Source: Candidatus Spongiisociaceae bacterium
Lineage (GTDB): Bacteria; Actinomycetota; Acidimicrobiia; Spongiisociales; Spongiisociaceae
NCBI GenBank assembly: GCA_965219685.1
Contig: CBDCOH010000002.1
Coordinates: 3,168,001 to 3,232,000, forward strand
Length of the DNA: 64,000 nucleotides
Direction: 5' to 3'
Under the pieces are notes generated by a model. It was not told the DNA's origin and did no database searches. It saw only the letters and a program-made list of their open reading frames with translations. The stretch's first letter is position 1, and each line of letters starts with the position of its first letter. The translations under genes and the position numbers were made by a program. Positions 57,964 to 64,000 of this stretch are shown piece after piece.

Positions 57964-57989
57964 AGGCCTCACCCGTGGCCTAGTCCCAC

Positions 57990-59240
57990 CTAGCCGGCAG
58001 GCTTCCACACCGACAGATCCCCCGGATGGTCGTAGATGGCGGGCCAGCCGGCATTCAGGTAGCACTGGTAGGCCCACTGGAGCATCAGCAGACCGTGACC
58101 GAAGGAACCGGCCGAGTCCTCCTCGCATACCCTGGCTTCGCGATGGGCGGTGGTCTGGAGCCAGACCTCCTGGGTAACGGTGTCGTAGCGAGCACTTCCG
58201 GGCCAGGTGATCATCACCCATACCTCGGGATCGGTCTCGACTATGAACTCCCAGGAGAACTCACTGTCCGGGGATCCGTACTCGGACTCGCCCTGGTCCG
58301 GGAAGGCACACGTTCCGGCCCCCTCGGAGTGGAGGAACTCACAGAAGGAGGACGAGTCCCAGATCATCCAGTTGGTGTCCCCGAATCCGACCGCCACCCT
58401 GGTGTCCACCGCACCAGCCGGAAGATCCGCCGACAGGGCCGCGACGTTGGAGTCGAACCTGGCGATGGCTGCTGCAGCCTCTTCCTCCCGGCCCGTCAGG
58501 ACGCCGACGTCGATCCATCCTTCCTTGAGGGTCTCGACACCGCCGATGTCGACCAGGTACACCGGGGCTACGACCTCGAGCGCATCCCGAACCTCTTCCT
58601 CGCCGACCCTCCCGATGATCAGGTCCGGTTCGAACTGGGCGACTTCCTCCACCGACATACGATCGCCTAGTACGGGGATCTCAGCAGCTCCGTCGCCGTA
58701 GTAGGCGGCCGCGCTGCCCCACCCATCCCCTCGATGCTGGGCGATAGGCACTATTCCCAGGTCGGAGGTGAGGTCGGTGCAGTTGTCCTGAACGCACAGG
58801 ACCCGCTCGGCAGGACTGTCAAGGGTGATCTCTCGCCCGCTCCCGTCCGTGACCGTCAGGGTCATGGGCTCGTCTTCGTGCTCATCCTCGTGCTCGTCGT
58901 GGTCGTCTTCGTGCTCGTCGTCTTCGTGCTCGTCGTCTTCGTGCTCGTCGTCTTCGTGCTCGTGCTCGTGGTCGTCTTCGTCTTCGTGCTCGTCGTCCTC
59001 GTGCTCGTCGTCTTCGTGCTCGTGCTCGTGGTCGTCTTCGTGCTCGTCGGTTGCCGGAGGCGCGGAGGTGGTGGTTGTGACCGAGGTGGTGGTTGTGGTC
59101 TCGGCCCTAACGGTGGTGGCCGTGGTGTCGCTCGTGTCCTCGCCACCGCATGCGGTCGCTACCAGAAGCAAAGCCAAGAGCGCACCGCAGAGCCGGACGC
59201 TCCGGCGGGATAGGGACTCGAAGACTCTCAGACTGACCAT
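57990..59240 (-). CDS. FepB/FhuD-type ABC substrate-binding lipoprotein with a ~60-residue His/Asp/Glu linker
   Basis: TACG lipobox, Thr-rich tether, repeated HEDDE units, TVTDGSGREITL..AERV, EEV..EPDLII. Confidence 0.85.
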   Translation of the reverse strand: MVSLRVFESLSRRSVRLCGALLALLLVATACGGEDTSDTTATTVRAETTTTTSVTTTTSAPPATDEHEDDHEHEHEDDEHEDDEHEDEDDHEHEHEDDEHEDDEHEDDEHEDDHDEHEDEHEDEPMTLTVTDGSGREITLDSPAERVLCVQDNCTDLTSDLGIVPIAQHRGDGWGSAAAYYGDGAAEIPVLGDRMSVEEVAQFEPDLIIGRVGEEEVRDALEVVAPVYLVDIGGVETLKEGWIDVGVLTGREEEAAAAIARFDSNVAALSADLPAGAVDTRVAVGFGDTNWMIWDSSSFCEFLHSEGAGTCAFPDQGESEYGSPDSEFSWEFIVETDPEVWVMITWPGSARYDTVTQEVWLQTTAHREARVCEEDSAGSFGHGLLMLQWAYQCYLNAGWPAIYDHPGDLSVWKPAG

Positions 59241-59279
59241 GGCGTAGCTACTCCCCTCGGGCTGGCGATGCGAATAGCA

Positions 59280-59307
59280 ATGATAATGGTTCTCACCCTT
59301 AAGTCAA
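59280..59307 (-). promoter_or_regulatory. Sigma70-type promoter overlapped by a Fur/Zur-family 7-1-7 box
   Basis: Minus strand TTGACT-N16-TATCAT; box TGAGAACCATTATCA at 59281-59295. Confidence 0.72.
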
Positions 59308-59639
59308 GAGCGCTTCCCGTAGTCGATTATCATCAGAGAGGCATCCACAACCTCGCCCCGGCCGGCGCCACGTACCGTCTGCCAAACGCCGACGATTGCG
59401 AAGTCGGACTTGGTGCCGTCGGGCGTGGCGGTGAACACGGTTTCGGTCCAAGAGATCAACTCGCCGTATGCCGTTGCCGCGACCGAGCACTCGCGCTCGG
59501 ACTCGAGTTGGCCGGTCAGGGCAACCTACATATGAGCGGAAGGTTTGTCGCGCCCTCGTACACCTGACCCGCGATAACCGTCGACGGCCTTGCCCTCATG
59601 ACCGAAGCACTCCAACCGGTGAAACGGCTCGCAGTCGCC

Positions 59640-59830
59640 TGATGAGCGCCCGGCGGCCCCTCGACAGGCCACACGAGTAGGTGGCCATCGAAAAGGATGG
59701 CCGGCTTGAAGCGTTGTCGGGATCCAGCCCGTTCTCAGGATTCGCGATGGCCTCCCACGCGATGTCGATGGGGTCGTCGACGTTCCCGATAACTTCGAAC
59801 CGACCCCGATCGATGCCCAACAGGGTCGTC
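59640..59830 (-). pseudogene. Relic of a type II toxin-antitoxin pair (antitoxin C-terminus plus PIN-toxin N-terminus)
   Basis: LLGIDRGRFEVIGNVDDPIDIAWEA followed in another frame by ILFDGHLLVW (cf. VapC ILLDTH.L.W). Confidence 0.5.
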
Positions 59831-59835
59831 GGGTC

Positions 59836-60693
59836 TCATCGGGTCCGCCGAACCGTCTCACGCAGCCAGGTAATGCTCTCCCTGACCATGTGGTCTTCTT
59901 CGCTTCCGGGAGGGAGGGTGGCCAGCTCGACGCAGGTGAGGCCGTCGAAGCCGGCTGAGCGGAGTTCGGCCACGACACCCTCCAGGTCAAGGTCCCCTTG
60001 GCCGAGGGAGGTGGAGGGCCACCAGCCGCCGGGGTTGGCGAAGTCGGCGGCCGAGAGGTCCAGGTCCTTGACATGGACCATGTCGGTGAGGGGTGCCAGG
60101 AGGCGGGTGGCTCCCGTGAGGTCGCTGCCCACCCGGACGACGTTGGCGGTGTCGAGCACCACCCCCAGGTTGGGGGCGTCCACCCGGCCGATCAGCTCGG
60201 CGAGTGCGGCGACGGGAAGGGCCGTGTGGGTCTCGATCGCCAGCCGGACTCCCTGCTCGGCAGCGTGATGGCAGGCTTCGGTCACCCGGGGGACGAGCCG
60301 TTCGACCGACGCATCGGCGGGTTCCATGCCCCAATGGGTGTATGTACCCACCACCAAGCGCACCAGGCCCATGACCATGCCGGCGGCGATGTCAACGACC
60401 CGGAGCAGTTCCTCGAGGCGTTCCTGGGAGGTGCCCATCTCCAGCCCTCCGGGATGGCCCCAGGCCAGAACGGCTTCGAGACCGGTCTCGTCCAGGGTCA
60501 CCGCAAGCCGTTCCCGGAACTGAGCGTCTTCGAGATCCATGTAACAGGTCTCAAGACTTACCCCGTCGACCTCCAATTCGGCAGCCCGGTCCAGGAAGTC
60601 CCAGGTTGTCCAGCGGGTTCCCGGATCCTCCTCGCCCTCCCGTATCTCGCCGAAGAAACGGTGGTACGAGTAGGTGTCGATCCCGACCCGCAT
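59836..60693 (-). CDS. Sugar phosphate isomerase/epimerase (xylose-isomerase-like TIM barrel)
   Basis: LAIETH, LDTAN, HVKD, LGQGDLD, CVE. Confidence 0.85.
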   Translation of the reverse strand: MRVGIDTYSYHRFFGEIREGEEDPGTRWTTWDFLDRAAELEVDGVSLETCYMDLEDAQFRERLAVTLDETGLEAVLAWGHPGGLEMGTSQERLEELLRVVDIAAGMVMGLVRLVVGTYTHWGMEPADASVERLVPRVTEACHHAAEQGVRLAIETHTALPVAALAELIGRVDAPNLGVVLDTANVVRVGSDLTGATRLLAPLTDMVHVKDLDLSAADFANPGGWWPSTSLGQGDLDLEGVVAELRSAGFDGLTCVELATLPPGSEEDHMVRESITWLRETVRRTR

Positions 60694-60741
60694 ACGCCTG
60701 CCCGTCTGTCTGTGAAGCGGCCCTGTCTTGTCGACAGACCT

Positions 60742-61839
60742 CTAGTTCACCCCGGGTACGGTCGCCAATCCTCCGGACCGGACGCTGTCGAAGGCGGCCG
60801 ACACCACTTCGACCGAGCGGGCCCCCACCTCTCCCGGAGACCGGTTGGGCACGTCCTTGCCCTGGGTGAGGTCGATGAGCGTGTTGGGCGGACCGTCGCA
60901 CTGGTAGAGGCCTGCGTGGGGCGGTAGTTCGGGCTTGTTGTCGACCCCGTCCTCACGGAAGTGCCACAGGAAGTCCCGCTCCAGATCCACGATCATCTGA
61001 CCCTCGGAGCCGTAGAAGCGCACCTGGAGCTGGTGACGGGGCCACGGCTCGTCGGGGATATCGCCGATACCGGCCTGGCTGGGACAACTGGCGCCGCTGA
61101 GCACGCCGGTGGCTCCGGACTGGTAGCGGATGCTGATGGCATCGTGGAGATCGACCCGGGCGCCGACGTTGTTCATCAATGCGAACACGTCCTTGGCCCT
61201 CTCGCCGCTCAACCACAGCGCGAGGCCCATGGCGTGGCTCAACTGGGCAGGCCCGTAACCTCCCCCGGACATGGCCGGGTCGGTCCACGTGTCCCAGTCG
61301 GGCATGAAGTCGGATGCCGAGCCCTCGTACGCCCCCGTAGCCTTAAGTAGCTCTCTGGTGCCTGAGGCCATCGCCACGAGGATGTGCTCGATCTCGCCTA
61401 CCCCGCCGTCCTCGGTCATCATCCGCTTGGCCTCGATGACGGTGGGCCGGTAGTGCCAGCCGAACGAGATGACCAGGTGGCGACCCAGGGCCTTGGCGGT
61501 GGCGTCTAGATCCCAGGCGTCGGCCGGGTCGATAGTGACCGGTTTCTCGCAAAGGACGTTGGCACCCGCTTCCATCGCGGCCTTGGCATGCTCATGGTGG
61601 AAAACCGATGGGCTCCCGACCACCACGGCGTCCAGATCCAGGTCCAGGACATCCCGGTAGTCCTCGGAGATGTGCTCGAACCCGAACCGGTCCTTCAACA
61701 TCTCGAGAGCACCCCGGCCCTTCCGGACAGCCGCCACGAGTTCCACATCATCCCGCGCCTTGAGAACGGGAATGTGGTTGCTCGCCGCCCATGAACCGGC
61801 GCCGATCACGCCTACCCGCACCCGATCGTTCGAACCCAT
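60742..61839 (-). CDS. Gfo/Idh/MocA-family oxidoreductase
   Basis: VIGAGSWA, P..FH, VLCEKP, SGGG..QLSH. Confidence 0.9.
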   Translation of the reverse strand: MGSNDRVRVGVIGAGSWAASNHIPVLKARDDVELVAAVRKGRGALEMLKDRFGFEHISEDYRDVLDLDLDAVVVGSPSVFHHEHAKAAMEAGANVLCEKPVTIDPADAWDLDATAKALGRHLVISFGWHYRPTVIEAKRMMTEDGGVGEIEHILVAMASGTRELLKATGAYEGSASDFMPDWDTWTDPAMSGGGYGPAQLSHAMGLALWLSGERAKDVFALMNNVGARVDLHDAISIRYQSGATGVLSGASCPSQAGIGDIPDEPWPRHQLQVRFYGSEGQMIVDLERDFLWHFREDGVDNKPELPPHAGLYQCDGPPNTLIDLTQGKDVPNRSPGEVGARSVEVVSAAFDSVRSGGLATVPGVN

Positions 61840-62066
61840 GAACCCTCCAATCCGATATCGAAGCTACACGGCAAGACACTAGCCCTTGATGCGTGGAGCA
61901 TGGTCTGTCGGGTTGGGCCGCATCCCCTGTTACGCCCGGCCGCCTTCCAGGGGCAGAGGAGGAGGTTGATCGCCGACGAGGACGGTTGGCTCGTGCCCTT
62001 AGTTGACAGACCTTGTCCAGTACACAAAAGTGGATCGACCGCGGACCCGAGCGGAGACGGAAAGTA

Positions 62067-62303
62067 GTGACGTCGATCGTAGACCTACACCAGGCGAGGA
62101 CGCATCTGGCCAGGTTGTTGGATCGTGCCCATGCCGGGGAGGAGATCATTCTCGCCAAAGCAGGCAAGCCCTACGCCGTGCTGGGCCCCCTCCCCCCACC
62201 CGAGGCCGTCCGCCGACCCGGCCGGCTCTCGGACCAGTTCGTCGGGCCCGAGATACTCGATCCGCTGCCACAGACCGAACTCGATGCCTGGGAGGGGAGA
62301 TAG
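62067..62303 (+). CDS. Phd/YefM-family antitoxin (orphan)
   Basis: LHQARTHLARLLDRAHAGEEIILAKAGKPYA, RRPG, DPLP..ELDAWE. Confidence 0.85.
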   Translation: MTSIVDLHQARTHLARLLDRAHAGEEIILAKAGKPYAVLGPLPPPEAVRRPGRLSDQFVGPEILDPLPQTELDAWEGR

Positions 62304-62567
62304 TTACGGCTGCTGCTCCTACCCTCGAGTGAAGACCTGCCCGTCCTGATCCACGCGGTGCGACCGCGATGTGGCCGGGGTTTCCCAGATCGACAGCAGC
62401 CGTACCAGCGCGGCGACCACCGGTCCACCGACTGGTGCGCTGAGGGTTGCCCGCGCGGTCCGGACCTGATCGCAGTGACCGGCCGACCACGCCGTGAGGC
62501 CGCGGACCATCCGTGAAACCCGGCGGTGCTAGGGTCCGTCGGGCAGCGAAATCTTGGAGGTTCTCCC

Positions 62568-62882
62568 ATGCAGCGAGCCTGCTTCACCTTCGAAATCTAT
62601 CCGGACAAGGCCGACGAATACAAGAAGCGCCATGACGAGATCTGGCCCGAGTTGGTGGAGGAGATCCAGAAGGCAGGCCTCAAGAACTACAGCCTGTTCC
62701 GTCGCGGCACCCAGATCATCGCGTACGTCGAGGCCCACCCGGACGTCGCCACCGCTTTCGGCAAGATAGGAGCTACAGAGGTGAACGGCCGCTGGGCGAA
62801 GTGGTTCGAGGACGTGATCCTGAGCCTCGTCGACGAGGACGGCAACCTCTACTGGGCGGACGAGGTCTGGCACCTCGACTGA
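62568..62882 (+). CDS. L-rhamnose mutarotase family protein
   Basis: EYKKRHDEIWPE, NYSLF, RW, EVWHLD; GGAGG RBS. Confidence 0.85.
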   Translation: MQRACFTFEIYPDKADEYKKRHDEIWPELVEEIQKAGLKNYSLFRRGTQIIAYVEAHPDVATAFGKIGATEVNGRWAKWFEDVILSLVDEDGNLYWADEVWHLD

Positions 62883-62913
62883 ACAACGGCACCGCCTCGG
62901 TGCCGTACATGCG

Positions 62914-63966
62914 TCACTCCGCACCCGGTGGCCGGCGCTCGGCCAGCCAGGGAGGGGTCGGGAGCAGCCGCCCCGGCGGGTAGAAGCCGGGCTGGGCCGC
63001 TAGGACAGCGGGCACCGCATTCACGAGGAGGGCCGCGGTGGTGGACACGGCCGGCATGCCCGGTTCGATCGTGAGGTCGAGTTCGTTCTCCCCCTGGATG
63101 AGTATGCGGTCCCGGGTCTCCCATCCGACAGCCTCCGGGGCGACATGTAAGGACAGCTCGAACCTGAGCCATTCGCGGCCTCCCACGGTTGCGGTGGCCA
63201 GTTGGACGACGCCGGCGGTCTCGGGCGGCTCGATCGTGTACCCGCGCAGGGAGTGGGCACGGTCGGCGAGCACCGGTTCGATCTTCTCGTCGAACCGTTC
63301 GATCCGCAGCCCCATCCGGTCCGCGATGAGGTGGGCGCTCTCCGCGAACCCGATGTGCCCCCGCACCCTCCGCGACCCGACGGCGCGGCGGAACCCGGCT
63401 TCGCTGTAGCCGATACCGAGCGACCGGTGCACGTCCCTTCCGAACACCGACGCGTCGAGCGTGCGCTGGACGAGGATGCTCGATAGGTCCCCGGCCGCCG
63501 CAGCCAGCACGAGCGGTAGGGCGTCGAAGGCAAAGCCCGGATTGATCCCTGTAGCGGCGATCACCACCCCGGCGTCCTTCGCAGTCCGTTGCAGCGAGGC
63601 ACCGGTCCCGGGCTGTTCGACCTCCGGCCAGGCGAGTTCTTCGCTGGTGCATATGACGCGGACACCCCTTCGGGCACAGAGTTCGATCACGGGCATAACG
63701 GAGTCGAGTTCGGACCGGGTGGCTACGAGCGCCACATCGGGACGGGTCGTCTCGACCATCTCTTCGGGGTCCGACCAGACAGCAACTCCTGCCCAGGCGG
63801 CGCCGGGCCGGTCGGCAGCCGACGAGCGGTTCCGGGCTGCGGCAACCACCTCCATCCAGGGCCGCCGCCGGCACAGATGGAGGGCCGCCGTCGCCACGGT
63901 GCCGACGCCGAAGAAGACGGCCCTCACCGGCTCGGTCGTGGTGACAGTCTCCTGCGACGATCCCAT
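62914..63966 (-). CDS. 2,4-diaminopentanoate dehydrogenase-like / native amine dehydrogenase family (DapB-like N-domain)
   Basis: FGVGTV, SEELAWP, TGINPGF..D.LP, GHIGF.ES, TAA..VNAVP.V..A.PG. Confidence 0.78.
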   Translation of the reverse strand: MGSSQETVTTTEPVRAVFFGVGTVATAALHLCRRRPWMEVVAAARNRSSAADRPGAAWAGVAVWSDPEEMVETTRPDVALVATRSELDSVMPVIELCARRGVRVICTSEELAWPEVEQPGTGASLQRTAKDAGVVIAATGINPGFAFDALPLVLAAAAGDLSSILVQRTLDASVFGRDVHRSLGIGYSEAGFRRAVGSRRVRGHIGFAESAHLIADRMGLRIERFDEKIEPVLADRAHSLRGYTIEPPETAGVVQLATATVGGREWLRFELSLHVAPEAVGWETRDRILIQGENELDLTIEPGMPAVSTTAALLVNAVPAVLAAQPGFYPPGRLLPTPPWLAERRPPGAE

Positions 63967-64000
63967 CGGGCCTAACCCCGCCGGGACGGATCCTGCGCCG

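Noticed and set aside
58734-59247. Plus-strand Val-rich and Ser/Cys-rich ORFs
   Set aside because: Antisense translations of the His/acidic repeat

Overview
GC-rich bacterial chromosomal segment, most likely from an actinobacterium. Support: NucS, many TANNNT leaderless starts, and lipoproteins with Thr/Ala-rich TTAAP linkers that suggest Acidimicrobiia; the taxonomy is an inference. No rRNA, tRNA, CRISPR array or intact transposase/integrase was seen. 1-20 kb is mostly housekeeping (menD, pncB/pncA, sulfurtransferase, 5'-3' exonuclease, nhaA, ABC exporter, nucS, trmL, M20 peptidase). 20-44 kb is an accessory catabolic region: carbohydrate-type ABC importer, three SDRs, two EutD/DoeA-like M24 hydrolases, two Asp/Glu-racemase/maleate-isomerase-like proteins, two class-III aminotransferases, a PTE-like protein, an amidohydrolase and two alcohol dehydrogenases. 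44-48 kb holds a Rad50/RloC-like Zn-hook ABC ATPase coupled to a small HEPN-like protein (best candidate for an undescribed defence system), near a decayed DNA methyltransferase broken by a C16 tract. 48-59 kb is a Fur/Zur-boxed metal-chelate ABC importer with a His/Asp/Glu-rich binding protein followed by PLP enzymes and hydrolases; it is interrupted by a 1.2-kb two-gene cassette flanked by a duplicated gene junction. The intergenic DNA contains AGT-containing heptamer arrays that start at stop codons, two families of ~200-bp dispersed repeats, and several toxin-antitoxin relics. All alignments were made by eye.
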